Shown one piece after another: positions 38,439 to 53,758 of a stretch of 64,000 nucleotides of DNA. The translations under genes and the position numbers were made by a program. The stretch is from Tubulanus polymorphus (Eukaryota > Animalia > Nemertea): assembly GCF_964204645.1 (NCBI RefSeq), contig NC_134031.1:744001-808000 (forward strand), in the 5' to 3' direction. Under the pieces are notes generated by a model. It was not told the origin of the DNA. It ran no database searches and worked only from the letters and a program-made list of their open reading frames with translations. Position 1 is the first letter of the stretch; each line of letters begins with the position of its first letter.

Positions 38439-38858
38439 AAGTGCTGCCCCTAAATATAACGATAGCGGAAAAAATGGAAACTAAATTTCTGGTGCTATAG
38501 CCTTAGACTGGTCGCCTGTCCAATTCTGCACCAACTGTTCGCAGTTATCATTCGCACGGATCTGACTGAAGGTAGAGACCGGCAACCAGTCTACTATAGC
38601 CTTTGAACAGTGGCCGGGGACTAACTAGACCAATTTGCGGCGGGGCGGACTGAGAAAAATTCTGACATTCTTAAAACAATACTGAAACTCTGCTACTCGA
38701 CATATTTATCATTTAACTGATCAACTCTGATAAGAAGAAATGGATGATTGGAATTTTGCTGAGTAATACAACCACTGAATGAATCGAAATATCACTTGAG
38801 AGTTCCGCTACGTTAGTTCACGATTTTACCGCTATCGTTATCTATAGGGGCAACACTT
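38439..38858. mobile_element. Non-autonomous DNA transposon with nested MITE
   Basis: Outer TIRs AAGTGCTGCCCCTAAATATAACGATAGCGG / CCGCTATCGTTATCTATAGGGGCAACACTT; inner TAGACTGGTCGCC..GGCAACCAGTCTA at about 38503-38593. Confidence 0.7.
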
Positions 38859-40079
38859 GACGGTAAAAGAGTCTATACATCGTGCTATTCTACCCTGGCA
38901 TGCGAGCAATATACAGACATTTTCCGAATCAAATTTCGTTCATTATTCAATATCATATTCATATATTGTTTCAACCATAATTTCACTATTAATGAAAGAA
39001 GGTTTCGTACGAGGGGAATCAACTTTCATACAGATTTTCGAGTAGTATTGATAGAACCCTTTGCTCGGAACGGATGGTTAGTGGCGAGTAGCTTGGACGT
39101 GAAGCGGTCACTCACATGCCACATGAAGCATAGATAATATAAATAATGTTTTCCTTATAACCTAACATAACATAACATAATGACGTATCAAATTTGCCGT
39201 TAATTTGCTAATCTATTGTATCAAGGTGGATATTTTTACTTGTTCATTTTAAACTATCACTTGTAAGATAAGACGAAAGGGAAGCCAACCCCTACCTTCC
39301 ATACTTATAATAACTAAGACGAGTAAGTCGGAAAAAATTCGAACTTTCAGCCAACAACGTTTCATCAATTCAGCGCCCAAAATAGGGGACCCCGTTTACA
39401 CAGTGCTAAGAAAAGACACGGTAAAAGATGGTAAATATATCGATATCCAACTTTTGCATCGAACTTTGTGATGCTTCCTCGCACGTAGCGCATTCATTTC
39501 TATCATCTTCTATTCGATAATAATATTGTCTCCAATGATTGATTGACTGATGCCTTATTAGTGAAAACCCAGCGTATATCATCGGTGAAAGTAGTCAATC
39601 TACTTTTGACTTAAGTCTCTTTAGCCAGGAAGTACCAAACTGGCTTCGCTTCAATATGTTTTCGGGGTTTACTGAGGGTCCGTAACGGACTAGCAGTTCA
39701 TGCGTGTATTATATCGTGTATCATCAATGAAAGCATAGTAAATTTAGTTCAGTTAGTAGCTGGTAGATGTCACTGAACACACATACTAATCGTGTCTATC
39801 CCTGTCAACCGGAGAGTGAGTGGTTTTGCGCCTGTTCTCGGTGGAGATTCGGAGGAAAACCAGCATCTCGGAGATTATTGTTCAAAACTGCTGGAGAATC
39901 TGACTGGACGCACGTCAAGAGTCATGTATTCTATCTGCGTGAAATATTGTTAAAGCGGATATACTAACATAGGTTAATTCTGGGCATCAGTTTCTGATAG
40001 TTTAAACGCGAGAGTGGCCCGCTGGAAAACTTGAGTAATCTCATACCTGTGGAATACATCATAACGACAGTCCGCCACG

Positions 40080-40536
40080 ATGCAGAATTTCAGAACAAAG
40101 TTAATCATTATTTCACTGATATGTCTAGTGACAATTGGCGAGTGTCGCCGGAGAAGAACCGCAAAAAACTGTAAAGAAAAAGATAACCTGGCTCATCGTG
40201 AACAGATAGCTAATGTCGTAATGACCGGTACAGTGAAGGAACTTTACGGATTCGTGCGAACAGGTGGTGGATCTTATATGGGCGAAGTCGAGGTGAAACG
40301 AATTATGAAAGGTGAAAACTACATTGAAAAGTTGCCGACTAAAATGTCACACCGTCGCAGGAAGATGATCATGGTGGAAGGATTCGGCGATCCCGATATC
40401 TGTGTTAGCGACGTTCACAAGTACGACACGAGAATCTTTCTGTTGAAAGATTTAGGAAATGGACATTTACGACTAAACGGGAGCATCATTAGAATGACTC
40501 TGAGAAATATAGATCTGACTGAAGCGCTCGTCAAAG
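40080..40536 (+). CDS. AGRN: Agrin first coding exon: signal peptide plus laminin-binding NtA domain (gene presumably continues beyond the window)
   Basis: REQIANVVMTGTVKEL, VEGFGDPDIC, DTRIFLL and LRLNGSIIRMTLRNID align with agrin NtA motifs; phase-1 donor AAAG|GTAAGC. Confidence 0.88.
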
Positions 40537-43500
40537 GTAAGCAGCAGCTCTAGAAACAGGTCTCAAAGTATTGTCACTTTCTGGATGCAATGTAGCCTCC
40601 TATATTTGACCGCATTTTACACGTTCATTCATATAACGTTGAATAGGTTACAGAGGTCCTTATTTCTACAAAATTGCGCGATGTTCAACTGACGTCTGGG
40701 TCAAAACCATCATCATCAACTAAACCACGTTGTACACGCACCAGTCCTTTTTATATCGTATATATATACACGAAAAATATGTATGAAATTTCGCTATGAA
40801 AATCATTCCGCGTTTCATTGCAAAGATGAGAGGTGTTTTTGATATTGAGTAGGACTCTCATAACGGCTCAGACTTACAGCAATACATAAACCAACAACAT
40901 AACACTGACATTCTAGGTACATGCACATAAAAGCCTCTTGTCGCGAATTCTTTCGGAACAATAAGAAAAAAATCTCAATTGCCACATGGCAGTTCCTGTG
41001 CATGTGTTTAACGCTATGAATATAGCATTGAGACGATCACAAAAAACCGGACCCTTAATTGATAAATGTTGGTCGTCGATTCTATAGAATCAGAGACGAC
41101 TGGCTTTTCGTTAAAGGCAAATTCTTTCAGTCGCCAAAAGAACCACGATTCATTCATATTTCGACCTAAAATCGGCTTTTGTTGATATGCGAAATCTTTC
41201 GGATTGATCGAAATGACGTTTTATTATTTCTTGAAAGATGATTTTTGAATCGTGAACAAAAAGTGATCTTTATTCAAAATTCGGCGTGAAACAAATTTGT
41301 TGTCATTGATGTACGAGTTTCCGCTAGTGTTGTGTATCCGGCCCTATTCACAATATTGCGCCCAAAGCGAGCGTCACACATTTTTTTCTTGAATATCTAA
41401 CGTTTTCTATGGACCATTTCCTTCATTTCTTCCTCTACACATACATTATACCAGTGCCTAGAAGATTATAATTTTTTTAGCTGTTATAATGGCCTCCGGA
41501 ATTGAATTTGAATTTCGAACATAATGACGGTCTTTGTTGGTCGCTAGAAATAAAAATCTTATCCGATTTCTTTATGCCAACAAACTACAGCTAAGAGTCT
41601 TAGTAAATATTTCACACCGAACATAAATATGTCAACAGTTAATCGGACGTATTTGACACTCGAGATTTTGTCGAATTCTATGTTAAGTAAGCTGGTAATT
41701 TTGTGTGTTTTAAGATTAAAATGTCGAAAAGGTTTCGCGTCGAACCGAGTTCGAAATACCAGCTTTACCTATGTAACATGATATTTGTATGCGTTTTTCC
41801 AAAAAAGAATATTACACCATTTACTTCGAAACATCTAGGGGCCAGTTCCATAGACGAGACTTCAAGTGTTATCAAATGTTATGGCTGTTCTTAAGAAGTT
41901 TTTAGATTGGCTATAGAACTAAGACGATTTTAGACTGGTTTTAAGCCTCTAAGCTATAATTATGGAACGGGTCCCAAAACAGATTTTTTACAAACTACAG
42001 AAGTTTTGATTCCCTGCTCCGTGAACTTGCCGACGCCGTCAGACAGTTGAGACTGTAATGCCGCCGGTTACTGAGATCACTTTAATAGCTCTTTGATGAC
42101 GTTTAATTTCACACTCTGTAGTGATAGATGGGTTCATATCTAATCTCGCAATATCTCGATATATCGCGGCCATCAATGATACACTTCGATGGATTCAAGT
42201 GTTTCACATTGCCATATATCAGAAAATTGTGCAAATGTTTAAAAAGACGAAAACCCACAAACCATGAATTGTAAAACTGATTTCATCTTTAAAATGTAAA
42301 AGGTAACGCCAGAAGGGTATCAACCCACAAAGCAATACCGGTCACACTAACAATCAAGTGAATTCAATTTAATTGCGACCCGCATATCTCCCAAATCAGT
42401 GGCCTTGACACAAGCACCATTCGAGTATATGATAATGATATACAAGGGTTATTGACTTGTATTAGAGTCCAGAAATAGGATCACCTTTCTTTCCAACCAA
42501 AATTAACCCAAACCCGCATAGGTCAATGTATTCAAACATTGTCACAATATCGAAGATGAATTTCGATGTTTATTGTTATAACGGATATCCGGTAGAATAA
42601 ATCCGGAAGAGCCAAATCCGCCATTATTCGCGGAAGGTTATGACCTGTTCCTAGATCTCGAGTTACAATAGTAAACGATTATAAGGTCTCATGTTATATG
42701 AGATTGTTCCTCCTTTTATGAGATTATTGTGTCTGGGTTAATAAATTATCGTTTATATATACATGGATGTGACAAGTGACACATCTTTAGAGTCTGATTG
42801 TTGATTGTTTGTGAGAGGCTTCGTATTGTGTTCGGTCGCATGAGAAGATGTTCTCGATGAACTGCACACAAGAGGATGTGACCGACTTAAACCGTCGCGA
42901 TGTCCACCACTATTCACAAACTCAGGGACTCGGGGAGCTCTATTCTTCACTTCGGAGAATTCTACATGAATTCTCTGCTACACGCTCGGTGAACACAGAC
43001 ATAATACAAATACTTCAAAGGCTTCATTCGAAAAACGTTATCGAAATGACTTACAATGATATGTATAGGATCTCGAGTATAGCTGTCTAATCCTATTCGA
43101 CATTCTCTAGTATCAATTTCATTAGCCGAATTGCGTATGGAATTATTGATATAATTGACTCTGATTAACCCCGAAATGTAGAATTATCAATGGATACTTC
43201 AACAGGTGCTCGCTGCTGCTGCTGCAACAACGATTTCCGATGAGATCGTACACTTTTTATCAATGCTTCTCATCTATAGTGTGACTGAGTCTCTCTTCTT
43301 CTCTCTTTCCTCTCAGTAACTCTTACTCGTAACCGCAATCTCATCACTAATAGCTTTATCGGTCGTGTTTAAATTGGAAATCAATAAATGTCACTTTATG
43401 TAAATATCGATATATCGATTGAGCGGATGAGATTAGTTGAGATTGGAAGAACGTCTCTGTCTGGTAACTGAGTTGACTTCTGAGAGGAAATGTGTGAGAA

Positions 43501-44250
43501 GAGAGAGGATGCTGGAAGGGTTCATCTCCATCTTCCCATCAGAGCTGTAACTATATGCCCCTATCTATACAGGATATGAATAATAAAATGCAGTCCAAAC
43601 CATGCTAGATGCAGAATTGGAAAAGAATTTAGGGCGCTTTTGTGAAATGTAGGAACTTGCATCAAACGCAACAAGCTTGAAGACCATTGACAGGGGTTTG
43701 GGGATCTTATGAAGAAAATTTGAAATGTCAAGACTATTAGATTCATGGCATTTATATAGGCTTACTAACTCGTGAAAATGTGCCGTCAAAAAATATGGCC
43801 GGTGAAATGTCTTTGAAGGACACTAGAAATTCTAGACGGTATTGGACAATACGACTGGTATTGGACAATACGGCTGATACCAGCCTGCAGATTGTATGTA
43901 CGTAGAAATATATAGTAAAACTATGGAAATAATTGTGTCAGAATCATTGAGAGACCCGTCATTAAGAGTAGTTCCCGCGGTGACAGTTATAATGAAGTCT
44001 ACATTCCTACAAACCAATCTAACACTATATATCTACCCCTATACTACTGTGGAACAGAGTATAGAAGTTTGATTAGTTATGATCAATTTGTGTAAACATC
44101 CTCTTTATTGCGATAAATCACAAATGTTTCTTTTTAAATTGAGAATCTATGAACAAAACCGGCGAATACCCAATCTCCAACAGCCGGACAAGAGCCGAAC
44201 ATGAGCCGGACAAGAGTAGGGAATGTTTTCGGAAATCAAAAGTGTATATA

Positions 44251-44368
44251 TTCATAATTCCTGAAGATGACTATTAGGACAAAAGTCGAAAAGTCTTAAA
44301 TAGACTATTATTAGACTCAAGGAAACATTTCAGGCTTTTAAGCTTTTATTCTTAGCGTGGAATTTTGC
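44251..44368 (+). mobile_element. Penelope-like terminal fragment with degenerate hammerhead motif
   Basis: ATTCCTGAAGATGACTATTAGGACAAAAGTCGAAAAGTC is homologous to the minus-strand motif at 9500-9552. Confidence 0.55.
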
Positions 44369-47300
44369 ATAATCTTTCAACAATCAGATTCACGCGAGTG
44401 TTTCATCAATAGTCGTTATTTGGGCTGATGAGTTTTGGACAGACAGCCGATGACGTCACTTTTGACATTTTAGTCTGTAGTTTTTTTCTTATTTTCGATG
44501 AATCTGTTTCGGCGCCGCCGTGATTCGAAAAGCTACACGCGATTTGATATTTCTCAGCAGTCACTCTCTCAGTTTAGACGTCGAATATGAAACAGAGTTT
44601 TTCGTGATGTCTGATGTTATGTTTTATCGGACAGAAATTAATCCTTCAGTCATAAAATATTCGCTGCCGATAAAACGAAACCGGCGGAAATTCGTTGTCG
44701 TCCATCTTTTGGGAATCGTCTGCTTGGAGATCTTGATTTATCGATCGCTCGCTGGCGCGCTATGAATGTTTGACTAGTATTTTATCTGAATCGATGCTGA
44801 ATCGGTTTGTGGTCGTCTCCGGAGATTTCTCATACTACCGTATCACTCAGTCCACCGTCTTTAAGTTTCGAAGTTCTCGATATAGTTTTAGCGACGGTCA
44901 AAATGCCTCACCTCACTTGCCACGGCATCGTTTCGATAATATTTTAGCAACAAGTGAGTGATTTTTTTGTGAACGCGCGGGCCAAATTTGACTCGGGCTA
45001 AGTCGTCTACATGTGATCGTGGTTCACAAAATGGAAACACTGAGCTCCGAGGGTGTGACAAATATTGTGTAAATCCAACCCTGAAATCGGTTTATCAGTT
45101 TTAACATTATGCAATGAAGCATCTTTTGTCAAATTCTACGATATAAGGGGAAAAATTGAAATGAATTGTAATCGCCTGGAGGAGGAGAGGGAGGTCCATA
45201 AACTCATAAAAACCAGAGCAGGCCGTTTGAGAAAAACGCAATTAGTAATCATACCGCAAAGTATCTCAACATTTACATTCTGAGATCATCAACACTAATG
45301 CTTCATACCAAAAATACATTTATGTATTTTCATTCACACTGATATTCTATAAATCTGAATATGTTCTCATAACAACAAGAGAAACAAATGGACAGATGGG
45401 TATTCAATAATTATTTGGCCCGTATAAATGGACGGATTCAAACCTCTGATCGTACAGATACCGCTGCTGCTGCAGCTGCTGCTATGAATTGTTACAGTGA
45501 TGTAATATTTAACTGTTGCCTGTATATATTGATCAATCCTAGGAAATTAATAATGATGACAATTTGATCTTCCGGTAATCAAACTCAATTACACTATACA
45601 CTGAAGAGCTCCGCCACACCGGGAAAAGTCGAACTCTTTTGTGATTCCCACCATCAGCACAGGACATCTCCTTGTTGTCACAGAGCCGACTGGCGTCGAT
45701 CACACTGTAAAACCCTACTGGTCCCCTACAACTATTTGTATTCTATGTCAGCACAGATGTATCGATCCTTAGATCCCATTGAATATTCTTAAAAATGACC
45801 CAGCCTTTTATTACTTTGTGGAGATTTTGTGCTTCTTGGTTATTAGAATATTATCGCATGAGTTATTTTTCCTATGAAAATGTCTTTCTGTGTTTCAATT
45901 GCATGTGAAATGTGAATACGTTTGAATCTGGAGATATAGATATGACATCAACAGCCTTCAAGTCGTCAATACGCGAGAGATGATTGTCTCTGAATTTTCC
46001 TTTATTGTACTGGGTTGAAATACAAGAATTTGTGAATACAAACTCTTGGGAAGATTTTATGTGATCTCGACTGACATATAAACGTGTACAAATAGTGCAG
46101 CTTATGATGATATTTCTAATGTAGCCTACATGACGAGAGATGAGAGGGAGGGGGAGAAGAAGAGGGGAAAGAGAGGAGAGGAGAAAGAGAGAGAGAGGAG
46201 AGAGAGAGAGAGAGGAAAGAGGAGCTCTCCACTCATCTCTCTGCTGAGATATGAGTACTCGATGTAATGACTCTATGTCTCTCTGAATGAACATCTCACA
46301 TGAACCTCAATGATGAAAAAATCAATTTCATTTTCACATCTTTATTTCAGATAATCCGTTGTTACAGGGTATGAACTATTATTACTTATCTTTACTTAGT
46401 TTCGCTGCATTTAAAGTTAAAAGCTTCATTAATTGCTACAGGAATCGCAACCACAATCGCTTCTTATGTGTGATGTTTAACATTATCAGCACAATTGCTT
46501 TTCGTGTTTTAGCGAATCTGCACATTTTATTAGTTTGACCAATTAACAATAAACTTGGATATAGCTGTAAACCGGCGATAACGGGTTTTCTGCCGAACGG
46601 ATAGAAAACCCTATAATTAATGTCTGGATTTTGTCTTTGCCTACCACAGTTCGTAGCTTAAAGAGAAGGTATGGCAATTGAGAAATGTGTGTCAGAATAT
46701 TCAAGAGTTCGAAGATATTCATAGTCCCGCCTCCCTAGTTCAAACTATGGGTTAATTCATACAATGAAACCTTGCGGAATAATTTGACTTCTTTATATAG
46801 AATTACCCCCTCTTACACTGGTATAATGTTATATATAAATGTTTATAATAGTAGCCTCCAATTTCTATTATATTTCCATTATGAATATTTTGTTTGACGA
46901 ATTTATTGATGTTTGTTTACAAAGATCGCGAACACGTGTCAGTTTCTATAGCAGACGAATGTCAGGGTCACGTCATATTCCTTTAAACTTGTCCGCTTTG
47001 ATTTCATCCATAAAAATATATTAGCCGCTATTATTTACGTATGAACTTCCATAAAGAATGCTTCCTTAGCTCAAAGCACGTTTTACAAGAAGTACCTTAT
47101 ACTCTGATCATAGAGTCAGGTTGTACGTAATAACCCCCCCCCTCCCCCTGTAAAAATCGCTCCTGGTAAACCCACCCTCCGAAATTCAGTTTTCTATAAA
47201 ACTATGAAAATGAATCTTAAATCTTTACAACAATATCTAGATAAACGTATGTGCATAGATATCTAACTATTACTATATCTCTTCGTGTACAGACTACGAT

Positions 47301-48762
47301 TATAACATTTTTGATGTAGCTTGCTTTAAGCATTATACGTCCATGCTTTAAGTCACAGAATAATATCATTTTCAGTGTGTAGCATGTGTGACCATCACAA
47401 CGACAACCTTAAATTTTTTTGAAATCTATAAAAGTTTTTTCAACATAAGAATATTGAATTAACTTTTTTTTGGTGGTGGGAGGGGCGGATTTTTACCTAG
47501 GCGGAATATTTACCGGGTGAATTATTTACCTGTTGCCACAGAAACAACCTCCAAATCGTGCACGAGCTGGTATATCGCAGTTTAATTTTGAAAAGAATCG
47601 AGATTATTTAAGAAGAAGATGTTCTTCTGTCAGAAACAGCTGGCATAAGGCTGGGATGGCAGTTTATCGGGGGGGATGGTGTATCGGGGATGAACCGGGG
47701 ATTACCTACGATAAGAATTTTGGAACTCCCCACCAAAATCTCTCTAGTTTCCTAATGTGTCCATTCTCTATGAGGGCAATTAGCAAATCGCTGAGAAATT
47801 CCAATGAAGTGCTCAGTAATGACGCTATGATTGAGAGGAATAGAATGCGTAGATCCAACTAATTAAACCATTTAGAGACTGAATACATGTATACTAGGGT
47901 CTACATGTCAGTATGTCATTGTACACTTGATAAGTTGTAACCAGGGGTTATTATCGCATTGTTGACTGTCAATTTAGCTCAATAACTCGGTTGTGTGAAG
48001 TTATATTTGCATAGTTGAATAATTAGCGAAAATTCTACACGACTGGAATTCGGGACTCGAACCGTACCGGGTCACGTCAAAAAGTCGTCGTTGTTTTTGT
48101 CCGAGTGTCTTTAAGTGCAGTAGCTCCTCATAAATCATGGACTTAATGTTTCAATTTCTCCGAGCGTGCCTTAAAACTCGTTTTTTCTTCATCGACCCTC
48201 AATTCCGGTTCGCGTTACATAGAAACGCGTGTAAGACTAACGAACGACCGCGAAATATAATGTTTACAATAACTCGTAGATGGCGCATGGGTCGACCAGG
48301 TGTCTACTTTACGCTGATTACTCGTGTCCAAGTAGTTATATCGTTAATTGCAAATGGCATGAAATGAAGTGTATCCAGGGAAACCAATCTCAGCTTGGCT
48401 CACTTAGAACGAGTGGGAATTTGATATGTCTCATTTTTCCGACATTGAAACCACTTGGTTTAGATGTGGCGGTATTTATCAAGCCCTTCACATTTCCAGT
48501 AGCGATCTACATTACGCGCTGGCAAACGGTTTTTAGTGGACATTCTTTATTCAGATTTTAGCTACGTTACAGAGGAGGGTAGGAATCCAGGATTCAGCTG
48601 TAGATGATTATCTAAATATGGGAATTTCATTTGTTTTGCTTCTATGCATACCTAGGATTCATGCAGCCCCAGAAATTACATGGAGTCTTTTTATTCCAGT
48701 AAAGAATTCTCTTCCAAAATTAGTATATAGAAATTTTTGAAATAATGCTCAAATACCCGTCT

Positions 48763-49008
48763 TACGCGTCCGGGTTCGAGCCCCTGTTTTACGCGTCCGG
48801 ATTCGAGCCCCTGTTATACGAGTCCGGGTTCGAGCCCTTGTTATATACGAGTCCGGGTTCGAGCCCCTGTTTTACGCGTCCGGGTTCGAACCCCTGTTTT
48901 ACGAGTCCGGGTTCGAGCCCCTGTTTTACGCGCACGGTTTCGAGCCCCTGTTTTACGCGTCTGGTTTCGAGCCCCTGTTTTACGAGTCCGGGTTCGAGTC
49001 CCTGTTTT
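48763..49008. repeat. 27-bp minisatellite TACGCGTCCGGGTTCGAGCCCCTGTTT
   Basis: Nine copies. Confidence 0.93.
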
Positions 49009-50361
49009 CCACGAGTGAGGATGAAATTGAGCAAGAAATTCTTCGATATTTTTCTCTCTATTGATTCAATGTTTCTGACACGTTTTATTGAAAGGTTGTT
49101 ATCGGTTCGTCTCTGAACCGAGTCGTGCGCGCGTCAGCCGCAGGCGGCGCTGCACCCCGCTGAAGTACCTCCAGTAACTCTCATCCGGCGTCCTGTATCT
49201 GACAACCACCGCCACCATTAACAGCAGACGATAGAAATTACACCGCAAAACACTGCGTCTCCTGTTCATGACATCGAATAGAAACACTGTCTAGAAGACC
49301 GCACCAGCCCTGGGGCCAGACGAGGATGACATTACCAGGGCCAATACGGCCTGGTGCTATAGAGCGTGTCTGATTTGGTTGAGAAATGGTTTAACGACTA
49401 AAAAGCTGTAGCAATGTGTTTATATTAGTTCTTCGCAGACACCGAGACGTGTTGCTGTTTTATCTTAGTTTCGCGTCTCCTGTCGATTGATCGATCGTCT
49501 TAAAACATTTACTGACAAGAACGGGTTGGATAAAGTTTATCTGGTTTAACGCCTTGTCACGTGTTGCGGTCAGTTAATCTGTTTACTGGCTCATCAGATA
49601 GATACTGATGGCAACAATGCATGCATGGTCAGTAGAATGTTGTCAAGTTAGAATTTGACTCGCTGTAGACAGATAACAGATAACCGCGTTTACTGCTGGG
49701 TCTCGAGGCCGTCTGCCATCAGAGTCATAGCTTAGATTGAAGACCAGTCTAAGATCATGCTAGTTCCAGAGACAATCTAAAAGCAGTCGTAAGACTTAAG
49801 ATATTTTGGACTGTGCACCAGGCTTCTGGGACCGGTACCATAGTATTAGACATAAGACTAGTCCATGACCATTCTAGTTCTTATAGCCAATCTAACCGTC
49901 TGTGATCAGTCTTGATTGCGACCACATTTTGCTATGGAACTGGGCCCTGGGCTCTGAAATTGAAGGGAGTATCTTCTTTGAGTCCACGGTGAAACAGCAG
50001 ACTGCCGCACTCCAAGTGTCACTACAATCGATGATTAAGAACAATGTACCTTCTTTCAATGCGATCTACAGTTACTGGGAAAATCGCAATTCTGCACAAA
50101 TAGAGAGTTTGAAATTGGGGTAAATTTGATACGATTAATCAAACATTGTTTCAGTGATCAGTTTATTTACCGAACAATGACTGAGACTAGCGCTGCGGCG
50201 CAGATAATAAATAATAAACAGCAGCTGAATTCTGTCACGTCACATCGACAATCATTATTACTGAACACGATTTAACCAGAAATTGAGAACAAAGTCAATA
50301 TTTATAGAGAAGAATAAGATTCCAACCAGTTTTAGTCGGTGTGCCGGGTCGGTAACACAGT

Positions 50362-50615
50362 CCCGGTCTATTCAGGGTCGGTGCTACAGCTGAGAGATAG
50401 GCCCGGTCTATTCAGGGTTGGCCCAGAGCTGGGAGATAGGCCCGGTCTATTCAGGGTTGGCCCAGAGCTGACTGAGAGCCATAGGCCCGGTCTATTCAGG
50501 GTCGGTGCTACAGCTGAGAGATAGGCCCGGTCTATTCAGGGTTGGCCCAGAGCTGGGAGATAGGCCCGGTCTATTCATGGGTTGTCTTAAAGCTGAGAGA
50601 TAGGCCCGGTCTATT
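50362..50615. repeat. ~39-bp minisatellite AGATAGGCCCGGTCTATTCAGGG
   Basis: About 6.5 copies. Confidence 0.9.
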
Positions 50616-51309
50616 GAAAAGGTTTGATTCCTTTTTTCTCGACCGCAGTCTAACTGGCGCCACGCTATTCCGTGCCGTTATACATCAAACGTCTCTGGGG
50701 CTCCGTTTTTACGAGAAAACGTTGTTTTTACTAAATCGGTTTTTATCGATAAATTTCAGCGGTTTTATCGGCTCAATAGTAAACGGTCGATTGAACCGAA
50801 CACTCGGAGTACTTTTAGCAAACCATGCAGTGTGTGTAAACCGGTCCACGATATGGTTTTCAGCATTTCATTTAGATACTCAAAACCTCCTTACGCCGGA
50901 CAGTAACACGATATGAACAACCTCCATTGACATCAATAAGTGAGCACCAACCCCATTAATATACTGACAGACAGAGACAGAGAGAGAAAGAGAGAGGGAG
51001 AGAGAGAGGAGAGTTAGCGCGACATTGTGGGTACTGTAAACTTGTACGTACAACCAAGCGCAATGTCACGAATCTATGACATCCTGCGCTGTTTTATTGA
51101 CAGCTCTGATAATTATCTCATCGCTAACATCACCGCTGCTGCTGCTGCTGCTGCTTCCCCGTGTTTCAAAAGAGAAAAATAACTAACTTCGATAAATTCG
51201 AATCCGTCGACGACAACGAGATTTCACTCTTTGAAGTTGTTTAAGTGGAAATTGTTCTAGAATCAGCGATGAATGTGATGTGAAAACAAACTCACTATAT
51301 CGGGTGCCA

Positions 51310-51632
<323 letters not shown>

Positions 51633-52218
51633 TGTCAAGGACTCTTGATGTTTTGACTTGTTTTGCCTCGAGTAGAATCTGAACTGAACCGTCAAACACG
51701 TTTGAAATCTATACACGATTAAAGGGACGCTTTAGGGCAACCGACAAATTCCCATAAATCCTACATCAAACAGTTTTACATCTGAACAACTTTCATATCA
51801 ATAGACATTTTCACTGGTCGTTCGTGGACTCATCCTTAATAGAACCCTAATCCATCCGACAGTAAGAGAGCGAGTGAGGCATATCTGTGCGCTATAAAAT
51901 GATGGTGGAAATCAGATTATTGTTGGTGTATATTCATTCGATTTGTGCCCGTCTCTTTCCGTCAGCAAATAACATTCAGCAGACCGACCACGGTTCTGGC
52001 GGAGAGTGAGACTTACTGGATAAAATCAAGGATGGACGGCAATATATACAACACCATGCGGAATATGTCAAAATAATGGTTTCTTTAGAAAGAATCCGCC
52101 GCGCTTTTTTTCTGTCATGAATACGATCGGAATGTAATCTGGCCAGGGGAGGTGGTTCAAGAATATCTGGAAAGGCTGATACAACTACCACAGCTATATA
52201 TATCCTCATACAGCGATA

Positions 52219-52475
52219 TCCAGCACCCAGTTCCACAATCCAGCACCCAGTTCCACATACCACCCAGTTCTACAGTTCAGGACCCAGTTCCACAGTTCTG
52301 AACCCAGTCCCACAGTTCTGGATCTAGTTTTACAGTTCAGGACTCATCTCGATAGTTCAGGCTCCAATTCCACAGTTCTGGACCCAGTTCCACAGTTCAG
52401 GCCCCAATTCCACAGTTCTGGACCCAGCTCCACAGGATCCAGGTCCACAGTTCACGATCCAGGTCCACAGTTCTT
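52219..52475. repeat. 20-bp minisatellite GGACCCAGTTCCACAGTTCT
   Basis: About 13 imperfect copies; complementary end AACTGTGGAACTG at 52552-52564. Confidence 0.88.
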
Positions 52476-53044
52476 GGTCTTGGTCAATATGTAACTCTAT
52501 CAGGTAATTGCAAAGTGAACTAATTGGTCTCCAGAGTCCCACTAAACTGACAACTGTGGAACTGAGTCGTGATCTTGACGACGAGTTTATTCTGATATTC
52601 TGTGATCGTCTATCGTGCTCCGATAAGTTCTCTATATGTCAGTTATTTGGATCTTCAATCACAGACGATGTTGTATAATCCACACCCGTTTCAGGTAAAC
52701 CCACTGATTTATAGAAGTAGTGACTGCAGTAAGTCCGACTAGCACCTGAATTAATCACATCTTCATTCTGATGTGTGGCTGGAACAGTAACCGTGCTGCT
52801 GGTTCTACCGCTCCTCACTGATATTACTCAAATCGATCAGATACGGTCAGAAAGGTCACGATTCTCTGAATTCCTGTTTACATCAATGATTTATTATTCA
52901 AAATAGAGAATATTCTCAATCAAACACACGCAGGGAGAAGGTTCTATTGGAAATTCGAATATTTGTGTTTTTCAAGCGCTAGAATGTGATCGAAATTATC
53001 AATGATATCAGTCAACACTTCAATCCTCACAGTCGCACAGTCGC

Positions 53045-53758
53045 CACCTCCCCCTCTCTGTGGCTGTACAGATCACCCCCTCTCCCTCTCTGTCGCTGTA
53101 TAGATCACCCCCCTCTCTGTCGCTGTATAGATCACTCCCTCCCCTCCAGTCGCTGTATAGCTCACCCCCTCTCCCCTCCAGTCGCTGTATAGACCACCCC
53201 CTCTCCCCTCCAGTCGCTGTATAGACCACCCCCTCTCCTCTCCAGTCACTGTATAGATCACCCCCCTCCCCTTCAATCGCTGTATAGATCACCCCTCCCC
53301 TCCAGTCGCTGTATAGATCACCCCTCCCCTCCAGTCGCTGTATAGATCACCCCCTCCCCTTCAATCGCTGTATAGATCACCTCTCCCCTCCAGTCACTGT
53401 ATAGATCACCCCTCCCCTCCAGTCGCTGTATAGATCACCCCCTCCCCTCCAGTCGCTGTATCTAACCCCCTCTCCCCTCCAGTCGCTGTATAGATCACCC
53501 CCTCTCCCCACCAGTCACTGTATAGATCACCCCCTCTCCCCTCCAGTCACTGTATAGATCACCTCCTCCCCTCCAGTCGCTGTATAGATCACCCCCTCCC
53601 CTCCAGTCGCTGTATCTAACCCCCTCTCCCCTCCAGTCGCTGTATAGATCACCCCCTCTCCCCTCCAGTCACTGTATAGATCACCCCCTCTCCCCTCCAG
53701 TCACTGTATAGATCACCCCCTCCCCTCCAGTCGCTGTATAGATCACCCCCTCCCCTCC
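53045..53758. repeat. ~29-bp C-rich minisatellite CCAGTCGCTGTATAGATCACCCCCTCCCCT
   Basis: About 24 copies. Confidence 0.95.
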
